In this document: positions 24,625 to 36,733 of the stretch, in pieces
Layout of the letters: the number at the start of each line of letters is the position of its first letter
Numbering within the stretch: position 1 is the stretch's first letter
Source: Phoronis australis
Taxonomy: Eukaryota > Animalia > Phoronida
Assembly: GCA_002633005.1 (NCBI GenBank)
Contig: NMRA01000142.1
Coordinates: forward strand, 540,860-604,859
DNA: 64,000 nucleotides
Reading direction: 5' to 3'
The notes under the pieces: generated by a model
Seen by the model: the letters and a program-made list of their open reading frames with translations, nothing else
Told to the model about the DNA's origin: nothing
Database searches by the model: none
Made by a program: the position numbers and the translations under genes

Positions 24625-25575
24625 ATGTATGAACAATTCCTTATAATAGAACACGGTAAGAACGAGACCTTGAACTCCTGTGATAACGTGATAGCTATTT
24701 CAGAACTTCAGAACTATTGTTGGCGAAATCATTTAAAAACAAAACTTTTTGATCATACCCCTTTTGAAACTTACAATCTTCGCGGCAAGATGCTCACCTA
24801 CAAATCATGACAGAAAGGCATCGAAAAGCAAGAAAGGACGTGCGACGTAGATCAAACTGTTCTCTATAAATTTCCAGTTACTGGTACCACAAAAGTCAAC
24901 CAAGAAAGAATAACATGGCATCCAGGCCGTGGCGATGGGAAGCGTTTCAAAAACGTAGATGAGCTGCTATCCGAAGTCGTTTTTGGACAAACGAGACCCG
25001 TTGAAGTCGCGGACGTCGTGGTAGGATTCAACTTTTCGGGAAAACCTAAAATAAAACGACGTAAAAATCCAGATTATTTCAGAGTAACACGCTCAGAGAG
25101 AACCATCGACATCCGTGCACTCCAACAGAGTATACCTAGTTCACTTCCAAACCACAGCAATGTAAACACAACAGTTGCAACTCTGGCATTGCGAAGTAAA
25201 CATGGCGACCAGCGGTCCGGAGCATGGGAGCCACGTGGCGGATGCGAATGCGGGAAGTGCGTCTCGTCAATAAGTGACAGTGAAAGTATATGTCCACCAC
25301 AGATTCAGGTCGTCAAAGACGTTTCCGCCCAAATACACGGGAACTCCAACGGCAACACACAGCATGGTAGCTGGGAACTGAAAACACAGCCAATGGCCAA
25401 CTGTCAAAAGGGAACATACGGCGTGAGACCTGTAACGGAGATAGAGAAGGTCTACGTATTGGAATCCAATATCAATTTCAGATCCCGAAGTCATCTAGAG
25501 ATGTTTGGACTAAAAAAGATCACAGCATTTCGTAAAGCCAAAAGACGAGTTTTGGAGTTCTTTCGCCACAAGTGA
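24625..25575 (+). CDS. Two-exon uncharacterised protein, ~242 aa
   Basis: Exon 24625..24655 (aaaATG, MYEQFLIIEH, donor G|GTAAG, phase 1) joins in frame to acceptor tttccag| exon 24878..25575, ending KKITAFRKAKRRVLEFFRHK-stop. Confidence 0.6.
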
Positions 25576-26478
25576 ACCAGCTTACGTTGTTTCCCTGTGC
25601 AGAATACTCTGTGTAACTTACAGCTACAAGTCCACAGTGGACAACTTCAAAGGAGAGACTTGATATGTAAATGACATACTCAGACAAGAATACAGTGCTG
25701 AGCCACTCAAGTCTTTCACTAAACCTTAAGTCACACTAATTCAAAATTCTTTAACCTATCTTTCTGCTGCCCTATTTCTTGGGCTGTCCAACCATATTTT
25801 ACCTTCATGCTAAAATCCCCATTTCGAAAGTGAAAACTGCAAGATTTAAATTTTCGGTAAATTCAAAATTAGATGATGTTCAGAAGTCACCCCAGTATTT
25901 CAGCTTTAAGAGTAGTAAATAAAGGATAAGCCTTGCATACCAGCATTGATTTCCCGCAAAAACAAACAAAACAAAATGATTGGATGCTAGAACTTGCAAA
26001 CTAGCCCAGCCACATGGAGGCGAATCACATCGTTTTCTACTGAACAAGGATTAATTTCAAAAGCTAACTATGTTCTTTAAGTTTCAAGGGATACCAAACC
26101 CGGTTTTGTCCTATTAACAGATATCACATCAAAACGGCATTTCCATCCAATTCCCTGAAACAAAATAATGCTCTATAATATTCCACAACTCTCAAAAGTT
26201 TGAAGGAAATTTTGAGAACTCCTTTTGAAGTCTGCAAAACGGGCAAAATGAGAGCTACGCTTTTAGCAAATTGCAAGACAACTGTGGAGAACAACCACCC
26301 ACCAAAGACCATGATGTCCAATCTGTGACAAAGAAAGTAAAAGTTTTTAGTTGATTCTTGCTTTTATCTTTCAAGATTGGCGCCAATGATGCATTAGCTG
26401 GTGACAGAATGAGGATTGGCTGAAATCATCAAATCGGGGTTTACTATCCAATTAACACTATTTTGAAAATGTATTCTC

Positions 26479-26730
26479 CAGGGTCTGTTTCACGAAAATT
26501 TACTAAAGACCTAAATCAGAAATTTGATCTTATAATCCACTTAACTTTTTTGGAAAAAGTAATTAAATCTCACTTTAGAAAAATGCAGTCTCTGAGAATA
26601 TACACATAACTGCTACTTACTGAGATAATTTATGTAAATTATTTCTAGTCTGTGATGCTCTCATAATTACTTGGCTAAAACCTTTTTTAACATTTGTGAA
26701 GTGGAAGCAAAAGTTATTTTCAGACCCCTG
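26479..26730. mobile_element. MITE, family A copy 1
   Basis: Ends cagggtctgtttcacgaa ... cagacccctg; core aaaaatgcagtc..tgagaat.ta.acataactgcta shared with the copy at 63323-63626. Confidence 0.6.
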
Positions 26731-27495
26731 ATTTTGTTTGGTTGGTAATTCCAGTGTGCAGCTTCCATAACAAAACTACGGTAAAATCCCAGATCTTGGA
26801 CAATGGAAAAATAATGGTTTTTGCAGTTTTCAAGCTTTTTTCACGAAACATCGATTTATCTATATCACGACAAGTCCACACTATAAGAAACTCACGCCTT
26901 TACAAAGTAACTTGTGTCTGAATTAATAAAAATTTCTTATAACCAAAACCTATTAGATATTGTAAATAAAACAATGGCTTGGTGTGAAGTTAATTTGATT
27001 TAAGATTTTATCACTTTTTGACACAAATTATAGCACACCATAACTGTCTCTAAACTGTAACAAAACACCAAATTACAGATTCAAGGAATTTTGGAAGGCA
27101 TTACCAATGCCCAAGGGATAAAATGTCACATTTTCCTTTAGTCTTGTGTTTAATCAAAAATTAATTTATGATCCATGTTCCTGGAACAGGAGTTTCCACG
27201 AATACAATCAATGCATCCGATTTACTTATTGCACTTGTCCAGACACATTTTTCACAACTCCGATTTCCAGTCACCATTTTAACTTTCATCCAAAGCTGCA
27301 GACTCAGTCACGTCCTGTCCTGCTCTGAAGGTCCCCTGCGTTTATTTCCCTCGCAATACTAGCAATCACTTTGAGATGGAACACGGGTAGATTGTTCCAC
27401 AATGGTGTCCTGTTCCTTCGTTATCAGTGAACTGCTGTGATACAACGGTAACGGTTAAGCACGTGGCTGCTTGTAAACATCCAGCGATTCTGCTG

Positions 27496-30400
27496 CTATG
27501 ACGCTCTGACAGGAAAGAAATTTACTGCCCTGATATACTCGTCCACTTTGGCTTTGAACAAGTCACTTTTGATTGGTTCGTCCAGGTTACACAATGGATT
27601 CTTAACAACGTATTCCACATAGACCTGTAATTAAAGAGATTAAGACTTGAATATGCACGAACAGTAAAAATGGTTACCAACTTGGATGCTCTTCTCCCAA
27701 TTTAGAGATCATTTCTTGGCTTTGGAAGACCTGAGAGTTCACAGTTACTTTGAGACCAGATTCAATCCTTTGGCTTATCACAGAGGGTCTGAGACGTTTC
27801 CCATGTTGCTAGGAATCAAGTCTCATCTGCGTAATAAGCACAACACGGCGCTAGTTTTATAGCCATGTGTGGTCTACAGCAAGTAAGTTTTTTGCGGAAG
27901 GCGAGCTAGGTACTTTAATGGAAAGTGAGATACCTACTTTAACAAAACAAAAGCTGTATCAAGCACTACATTGGCAAGTAAAAAAATGACCAAGTTCCAA
28001 GTGACATAAAGTAAGAATGGAGCTTTATAAACACAAAATAACATCTACGAAATTACGTTCCTATCCCATGATAACTGTAGGGAACAAATAACGTGTTGAA
28101 CTGCCTTATTTTAAGATTTGACTTTTGTGACAGGTAGAAAAACTTAATCAAAACAAGTGACATGCGCTGTTGTTTGAATGGGATGTCCCAAAGAAGTAGT
28201 CACAATACCGAAGCAAAGCTCAATGTAACCTCAAAAAATGAATGTTTGCAGCATATGCCTGTACGTGTAACAATCAAGCAACCATCTAGACACACTATTC
28301 ATTAGAAAGGTGTGAAAAATATATTGTTTTTCATCAATGAAAATTAGAAATTTTGTTAAAAAATTGATCTGTGTAAGGACAAGATGTCACCAGTTTTAAA
28401 AATGAAGCGAACAGTGTTGTTTGTGTGGTTTCCCAAAATAGACAATGACAGGTAAAAATATACACATTCTGTTTACATACATTTTGCCTTAGTAAAAACA
28501 TATCCCAATTTGGCCATAATTAACTAGTATTACCCAAAAACATGGGTCATGAAACATTTCATTAATATACAATTTACAATATACGAAACCCCAACTCTGG
28601 AAAAATCCCGAGTGTACTTTAAGAGTAGCGCAAAACGAATTTTTTATTTTTGACACTCAACTAGATGACATCCAGAAAATCTCGATAGTAGTGAACGTAC
28701 ACTACAGTAACTTCACCAGCCTAACCAATACTCACCGAGCTGTACAAACCGTGAAGCACCTCACGAGTATTACCCACATGGAGGTCCGTGTTCAAGACAA
28801 ACTTGAGTCCACTGGCCGTCTCATAGAAATGTAGCTTGTACTTGCTGGTTTTGAAGTTGGTGAATCCATCTTTTCTGATTAATTTGTTAAGGATGAATGG
28901 ATTGGTCATGGTTTTGTTTACAATTTAAACATATATACCCTACAATTCTCTAGCATGAAAACAAAAACATCCATAAAATCAGATAAGCTGTCTTGAATAT
29001 TATAGGCAATATCAGACCAACTGACATGAGGAGTGTTGATGTGAACACTGAACTTAGTTGAACCATTCAGATTGGCTTTGGTAGTTAATAGACACTGAAA
29101 CTGTTGCATCAAAGTTTTCCCAACACAGAGCTGTGAAAACATTTTGCATTTTTAAATATGAAGAATTGTATTAATAGCTGTGATGATTACTAGAATAAAG
29201 TGCTTACTTTCATAGAATGATGCATACTTGAATCATGACACCAAATTTAATCTTTCACACTGCAACAAGACCTCGAAGGTCTGCTGTTAAATCCAACTGT
29301 TTATTGAGAAGAAGTTATCTGACAATTTTAACTTCGGTCCAACCTTTCACACTGACTGACAATTCCAAAAACATCGACCTGTTTACATCGGCAAAAGAGG
29401 TACTCACGACAACATGTGATTTAGTCGGAAAATAGTTTCAGTGAATCTCATTTTCTATTCTTTAAGCACATAAAGCCTAGGATACAAATCTGTTGGTGAA
29501 ATTCGGCTCACAAAGGACTTGATTGAGAATATCATTCCATACATAAGTTTGAACTCCTGCAATACGATAAAGCCCAAATAATACGACATGCAAAACACAT
29601 GGTGTAATCAATAATACGTCAGTTACATTTAGGATACCATTTCTAAAATTTAGGAAGTTACTGCATTTGAAAGTTTTTTAAAAGGACATTATTGGCGAAA
29701 AAAGTGACTTCTTGAGATGAGCCCCAGCATGTATTTGAGGCATCATCCCCCAAAGACGCAGCCTAAGGCTCTGCTGGCAGAGCTAAATCTCACCTTAAAA
29801 ATGCTACAGTAGTTTAGGATTATTAACTCGTGAAGTCACTGGCCTTTATTTAATAAACCTCAGGCAGACAATATCTTGAATTGGTAATTTACCAAATCAC
29901 AAAAACACACGATAGATTTTGTTGCTTTATAGCTCTGGTCAAAGCTAAAGACTTAAAGAAGGCTCTACAATCCAACAATAGCCCCAAAATTAAGGTCTTT
30001 TGGGTATAAAACTGATATTGTACCTAGTTCAAATTCAAAATTCAACCTAAAAACTGATGTTTTTTTTTTTTATTTTTTTTTTTAATTTTTTTTTTTTCAT
30101 TTGAAGTTTTTTATTTTGCTCTAGCATGATAATTACAAGTCGAATCAAACAATATACTATACATCGTTTACAAAAGATAACATTAAATCATTACTCAACA
30201 AGTACCGTATTTCCTTCAGGATGTAATTTAATAAAGTTTATGAACAATTGGAAATTAAGATTTTTTTTAACAAACTTTTGGCTAAATATGTAATTTTTTG
30301 CTAGCATGATCAGCAAATTAATATTACAATTTTCCGACTGAATGTTTCCCAAAAAACCANAAAACAGTTATTTACTTCAAGCTCTAAAATTAGGAGATTT

Positions 30401-30911
30401 CCTGCAGTATCCGAAGTGAAAGATAGAACTTTAAATTCAAAATTACTATTAAATAAGATGGCAACACCCCTGGCATCACTTCGACCATGGCTGAAAAAAC
30501 AGTCATATCCTGATGTTGACAACCATTGTGCTTCGGCTATCAAGGATAATTTTTATTATCAGAAAACTCAGGCCCAGAAGGTTTGGGAAGAAATGCGAAA
30601 TTTCAAAGGTGGGCCCAGCCAGAAGTAAGATTGTTTTATCCTGGCAAACAGATTCATCAAAGTGGTTTACCAAGATGGTTGTAACCCTGAAAACAGACTA
30701 TAGTCAAATTAAAGTTAAATGAAATGTTTTGTTCAATAAAAATTCAGAGCACCCTCTAAGCTACAGCATGCCATGCGATCTTTGGTTACATGGTTCACAG
30801 GTACCTTACCTCTTCTCTGTTGGTCAGACGACATTGCTTATTCCTGTTCCATTCGGCATAATACAAACAGGTCCCATTACGGTCAAATATGTAGAGGTTG
30901 TAAATTGTCAT
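27496..30911 (-). CDS. TRAPPC1: Trafficking protein particle complex subunit 1 (BET5), 146 aa
   Basis: Exons 30911..30810 ([23 protein letters not shown]...), 29556..29486 ([23 protein letters not shown]), 28874..28736 ([30 protein letters not shown]...), 27624..27496 ([12 protein letters not shown]...[13 protein letters not shown]...TAG). Matches the recalled human TRAPPC1 sequence along its full length. Confidence 0.97.
28875..29485 (-). other. U12-type (minor spliceosome) GT-AG intron in TRAPPC1
   Basis: 5' site GTATCCTAG; branch point TCCTTAAC (28893..28886) ending 11 nt from the exon; no polypyrimidine tract. Confidence 0.9.
30060..30520 (-). mobile_element. 5'-truncated L1/Tx1-clade LINE in TRAPPC1 intron, interior lost in an assembly gap (N at 30360)
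   Basis: APE-endonuclease motif [17 protein letters not shown]...[12 protein letters not shown]; after the N, ORF2 C-terminal motif [13 protein letters not shown]; poly(A) tail (plus-strand T run 30060-30097). Confidence 0.85.
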
Positions 30912-30958
30912 AACAACGAAAGCTGAAAATAAACAGATAAACAATGTATGTAAAAGAC

Positions 30959-33900
30959 CAGGGCTCGACGCTATGAAAATCGCCAGGTCGCATTTTGCGA
31001 CCTAGCCAAAATCTCAGGTCACATTCTCAAAATCCAGCTTACGTTCATAAATGTCGCAAAAATTTCCCGCCATTTTTACGCGCTAAAATTTATTTTTTAG
31101 ATCATCAAGAAAATGTTTAAATTATGCTCTTATCTGCAGTGTTAAATACTCACAAATTTCAGATCACAAAATTGAGTTCTTACACGCGGGTACAACGTTA
31201 CGGTTCTTCACGACTGCCGTTGAAAGGCTCTAGAACAAAAGGCTATGGTAGTTGCCGACATGAAAGTTGAATCAGTGCTCTCTAACTGAAACGCGCATTT
31301 GAGTAGCTAAGTTTGCAATGTGAAAAGGGAGGAAATATCGTTGAAAAAGTATCCACGATTTTGCCAGGTCTGACCTGCTTTGATGACCGTCATTAAAGTC
31401 GTTAAGGATAACACTGAACAAAAACTCCCTCCACTTTTGGTTTGCATCCCAAACTTAGGCGAACATGAACTGATCTAGCAACTTAACTCGATGATTGAAA
31501 TATAACTAGTAGAATTAAAAGTTAGTACTACATACTTGAGGTTCATGGCAATAGGGATAACACAGCAACACTCGAATCTCACTCTATTTAATACCCACAG
31601 TGCTGTAAACATTCGTCAGGCACATTTCCTGCCTTGTTTTCGAGCCACTGGAGTTTCACGTTATTTGTTGTTGTCTGATTCTTAACAAGTTTTTCTCGAT
31701 TGCATTACGCTATTCGTTCTTCCTATGCTAACGAAGAATTAAGTGTTGTGTTGTGGGCTGCAACAGCGGCGTGAAAGTTTTATAAACTGGACAAATACCC
31801 ATGGATGCATGATCTGAAATTCTTTGCTTTCCCGATATTAATGAGAGACACGAAAATGTGCCTGACTTCAAAAACTATCATTACGGCGTTTTCCTGTTGC
31901 TCCCAACTTGTTCGATTCTATAGCCCAACAACAAGCTGGGAAGTTTACCCCTGTAGCCAATATCTTACACGACTGATTAACTCCATTCTGGCATTCATGG
32001 TTGGAGGGCCAGCTCTCTTTTGTTTGATAATTGCTCTAATCTTCAATAAGATTGTATCTATAGCCTGACTGGGCTGTGCTGTTCAAAATAAAAGTTGAGT
32101 TATAACATATTTGAACATAAACCAATAGGATTTCTGAAATCGTCGTCAAATGGTGATCATGTTTAGTTTTTGAATTGCCAAAATCGCCCAACTGCAATAA
32201 TCTATTCTTTTGAAATGTATCAATTCACTCTGGGTTTGACTGTGTTCACACGTGGTGTGTAATAAGCCTGGTAGATAATTGCCCTGCTTGTTGTCGTAAC
32301 AGACATAAGAGTGTGCTTTGCAGTTAACAAAGAAGCTAGATGTTATCACACGCTCAGAACTCCTTACGTCTGGAAAAGTCACTGAACGGGAAAAAGCTGT
32401 CATGGATCAAGCACTTTCTTATCTCCATTATAACGGTGAATAAAAGTTATCTCAAGAATGCATACAAACATCTCCTGTTGTGTGATAATATCTGACAAGT
32501 GAAGTTTTCAAATGCATATTTTATGCCACTGTTACTGAGTGCCGAAGCGAAGCGGGTCAGTTTGGGTCATGGTTCTTTCCAGTAATCGTCATGAAAAAAT
32601 GCTTGGAAAACTATGCCTCGACATTGTTGTTCTCAATGCAGAGTAAAGAATTGTTATCAGATAAATACATGCGAGGTTGGTTACATTTAGTTCAAGTGAC
32701 ATTACAACAGTCACGCTCTTTCCAAGAATCGTCATGAAAAAATGCTTGAAAAGCTATTCCCAGAAATTGTTGTTCACAATGCAGGGTAAAGAATTGTTAT
32801 CAGATAAATACAAGTGTACACAAGCTTTCTCTTCTACTTTGCAAGGTTGGTTACATATAATTCAACGGACTTAACAATAGTCATGAGCACTAAGAACTTG
32901 ACTGTGTGCCCTAAACTTTATTCAACTAAATTTGAAGAACTGCAGGCCCGTAGCCAGGGGAGTTTGCGGGGATTCGATCCAATGCGGAAAAGGTCTAACC
33001 CCAGCCTTTGCGATAAAGACAGGATATAGATGGACAACAGCAGCTACTGGTACCATTGCTAACTACAAGCCAGGATAACTAATTTAGTTATCATTCTGAA
33101 TTTGCTTCCCGTTCAAAGCGCTGCATGTAATCATAGGGACGTACCCGGCAAACTTCGCCCGCGTGCTGCTTCATGGCCGACAGGATTGTCCAGATGATTA
33201 GAAGAGGCTTTATGTTATTCATCAGCACTGAACACGCATGGTAGCTACACCATAGGGTAACAAGGGAGTCAAAAGCATTGTTTTGACCCTTCAAATTGTT
33301 ATCCAAACAAAGCAAAAAAGCATGTACCAAATATGTTCCTAAAATTTTTGTAACACTTATTACCTGCATAACAAGTCACCTGACCCAAGCTCAATCATTA
33401 CATTCTGTACCTCGAGCAATTCTTTGGGAAATTTTCTCTGACACCCCAAACTCAAACTCTACAATTGAGGGTGAGTACAAGTTTTTCTTGGTCTCCACTT
33501 GATTCCAAACTTAGTTCAACGAGCCAAGGGAACATCAACCCGGTGAAACATCGGAACAGGAAAACATTAGTACTGGGCTACATCGGTCCCGGGGAATATC
33601 GTACAGCATCAGGTCTTTTATAACCGCCGGGAATCTATTAGGTTCATTGTCAAATAAACCATTGGCATCCGGGTGCTTAACAGAGTCAAGCCGGTGCTCT
33701 TTCATTTTGGACTGTCGCTGTTATCTTTTGATGTGTAGCTTTGGAGTTGTGCGCAATTGTGAATTCAGGCACCTGAATCGCCTACATTTTACGTTGGCAA
33801 CAACATGTGACAGACTACTCATATGTCGCACACGTAGCCCCAGAAACAAGTAAAGGGTTTGAAAATTTCTTGGTGACTCAAAAACAACTTTGCTGAAAGT

Positions 33901-34540
33901 AGAGATGTGGCCATCTTTTGGTGATTAATAAGGTTGTCATTTTCATGTTTACTGTCTTGCGATAAAAAACGAGACGCATATTTCCACATCATGAAAGTCT
34001 GCCACCGCTTGCACACTAGCAATGGAACCGACCAGTGCCATAGTCCGATATCAGTAATACTGTGGCGGATATTTGTTATAACGTCACAACTTACTTGAAA
34101 TACGTTTTTCTACTACAAAGTTTGGCAAGTTGATCATTTAAGAATTAGTAAAAGACAACTATATTGTGAGGTTATATCACGCGTTATGCCGCGGTAAGAA
34201 ACTTTATTCGGCGCATTCGGAAATTTGCAAAAGTAGCCGAAAATGTTAGCCAATGAAACGCGTCAAAGATCGATTCTGCATTATCTCATGTTTGCACGAT
34301 ATGCCAGTCATTGGGAGGGCTGCTCAAAACTTGATTTGGCGGCAACCAAATAAGTCGGATTCAAACGAGTTCCTTTATATATTGCCAGTTATCTGCCAAG
34401 AAGTGTAAAAAACTCAGCTCGCAGACTTCGGAAATTCCAGGTCGCATTTTGTGACTTGATACCAGCTGGCAAAAATCTCAGCTCGTATTTCCAAATTTCA
34501 GGTCGCAAATGCAACCTGCAGCTCGTTATGTCGAGCCACG
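30959..34540 (-). mobile_element. Degenerate hAT DNA transposon with decayed ZNF862-like transposase remnants
   Basis: TIR CAGGGCTCGAC / GTCGAGCCACG (2 mismatches), subterminal caggtcgca(t/a) repeats at both ends, flanking AAGAC duplication; minus-strand fragments KHENDNLINHQK, RLDSVKHPDANGLF, TKILGTYLVH interrupted by stops. Confidence 0.7.
32574..32884. repeat. Diverged tandem duplication (~140-170 bp) inside the hAT element
   Basis: aatcgtcatgaaaaaatgcttg...gtaaagaattgttatcagataaataca...aggttggttacat occurs twice. Confidence 0.8.
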
Positions 34541-35213
34541 AAGACCACACCATTGTTACACAGCTCTAGACACTTTTAAAACAAGTTATGGTCAAACTTT
34601 AAAAATGGAATTCCAATGACTATACTGTCAAAATTAACCTATGTGACAATTGTGTACATAAGATTACAAAATGTGTAACCAATAGAGTTCAGCATAACCA
34701 GGCAGCAGTTATAAGGAAGATACAGTATGACTCATCCGTTTAGGATACAATACAGTGGACAAGAAAAACCGCATTATTTTTATTTCTTTGCATAAAGATT
34801 AGTAGCACCACATAATTAAAATCCTTGACGTCAATTCTATACCAGAGAGCTACTATCAGGCAATGTTTCTAGAAATTGTCAAATTCACAACAATAACGAG
34901 AGCCTTTCGAAAAAATGCAAGAAAAATTGGAAAGTCCTTTTGTTTGCAGTTGTTTAGATAATCTTCGCATAACCTGTGCAACTAACACATGAAAAGAAAA
35001 GAAATGTGCCAATTCTGAAATTATAACATTTTTGTGTTCAACAAAGCTGCAGTTGGAGTTTGTTCAGGACGCCTATAGTATTTGACAGGTAGACCAACAG
35101 AAACATAAGCGTTTAACTGGTTTTATCGTTGTTTGTTCTGGGACAGGGACTGGTGCCAATATACACCTTTGCTGCAAAGCCTGTGATGTGTTTTAGCTTT
35201 GTCCAGTTATTCA

Positions 35214-35501
35214 TTACAGCACAGCCCAGGAAATGAAACGAGAGGGTTTGGTTGGTATTGGTGATTCTTGTACAGAGTTGGTATCGTTTTGGTCTTGTCT
35301 CAGCTCCATTTTCTTGGATGTCCAGTTATTGCCTTGGAGCAGGGTTGGACTACCAGGCAGCAAACCCCTCACTGGCCCCCAGATCCCACCACTGGCACTG
35401 ACATTCAGTGACACTGACAGTGGCTCAGCTGTCTTCAGCCTCGGTTCTGATACTGACAGTGACAGAAACGACATGTCTTGCGTCCGCCGAACGCACTCCA
35501 T
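35214..35501 (-). CDS. Candidate 95-aa small protein in an exon just downstream of the TRAPPC1 leader exon
   Basis: Acceptor tttatgcag at ~35526, start context CAAAATGG at 35501, 288-bp ORF, minus-strand AATAAA near 34780. Confidence 0.5.
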   Translation of the reverse strand: MECVRRTQDMSFLSLSVSEPRLKTAEPLSVSLNVSASGGIWGPVRGLLPGSPTLLQGNNWTSKKMELRQDQNDTNSVQESPIPTKPSRFISWAVL

Positions 35502-35582
35502 TTTGGTTGATAGGCCTACTCAAAACTGCATAAATCCATCAACACAAAACCGTCCGCAGTAAATTAAGAATTGTAACCTTAC

Positions 35583-35936
35583 CTTAGAAACACAGTTGCA
35601 GATGCCCAAACAACAACACTCACACGGACAAAATTATACGGAAGTGCCCTGGAACACCGGAACTAGATTGTAACCGTTTGCATAACAAAATAGTTCTAAT
35701 ATTTATTCGTTATAAATGCAGTTATTAAATTTATGAAGACCTTAAAGTGCGCTTTAGAACATTTAAAGAAGATATTTGATTGGTTTCGTAGTAACTTTCA
35801 TCGATTACTGTATTTTAAGTAAAAAATTTTGGTAATCGATACATCCGCTATACGCAAGCGCAAGTATTGTCAACGGATTTCGAATTCTGAAAACAACAAT
35901 GAACCGGTGATCTCTGTGTTTGTATGACGGATTTAG
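35583..35936. promoter_or_regulatory. Putative bidirectional promoter with first non-coding exons of TRAPPC1 (-) and CNTROB (+)
   Basis: Minus-strand donor AAG|GTAAGG at 35583 and plus-strand donor TAG|GTAAAA at 35936 face outward; between them ETS-like CGGAAGTG (~35639), DRE-like ATCGAT and NRF1-like ACGCAAGCGCA (~35852). Confidence 0.6.
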
Positions 35937-36322
35937 GTAAAATATCATTGATTAGAAAGCGCCTTCATTTTCGTTATTCACTAGATCTTGCCTTTGTTGT
36001 TTATGTTCCATCTTTGGTTTCTGACTTGCTGATTCAGGTACACTGCTGCTGTGCAGCCGAGTACGTCCTCCACTCCTCATTCCTGGCAATGCCAATGCCA
36101 TGGCAATGCCAATGGAATGGCATGGAGTGGACATAGGGTCATAGTCGAAGTCTAAAATGAGCCTTATTTTGCTGACTCAGTTACGAATGTACACAATAAC
36201 TTGATGAGTGTGATGAGACTATCAAAGTCACTGAAAGGAGATCACTGGTTGACTCAGTGTCGGTGAGTTGCTGAAGTGGTCCGGAAGGGGAGGGGAGACC
36301 AGTCCTGGCCTGAGATGGGGTG

Positions 36323-36733
36323 TGTTACAGCCCAAACTGATGTCTGTGCCAAACTGATTAGACGCACTTCAATTAAGCGTGGGTAACCGCATGTTGATAA
36401 GCCAAACTGATGCCTGCGGCAAACTAAAGCTACTGTAAGTTCCCAAATTACCATCAATGGTTGAAATATTTTATCAGAACTAGAATTGACGACAATGAGT
36501 ACGGCGTGGTGCGTAATAGTTTCGCACGACACTTCTCCCATGTGATTAATCCATATGAACTGCATATGTGAGCACTCATTATTGTCAATTTTAGGTTTTG
36601 ATAAGCATGAAAAATCCATAAACCATTTGTAGTAATTTGGGAACTTACGGTAGCTTCAATTTGTTGCAGGCATCAGTTTGGCTCACCAGCCCCTGCCATG
36701 TTGAAGTGTGTCAAATCAGTTTGGGCTGTAACA
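36323..36733. mobile_element. Fold-back MITE with long imperfect inverted arms
   Basis: TGTTACAGCCCAAACTGAT ... ATCAGTTTGGGCTGTAACA; internal arm pairs gccaaactgatgcctgc/gcaggcatcagtttggc and gtaagttcccaaattac/gtaatttgggaacttac. Confidence 0.8.

Noticed and set aside
35233-35562. 109-aa plus-strand ORF opposite the 95-aa candidate
   Set aside because: Lacks supporting splice or promoter context; the minus-strand frame has acceptor, start context and poly(A) signal. Not formally excluded.
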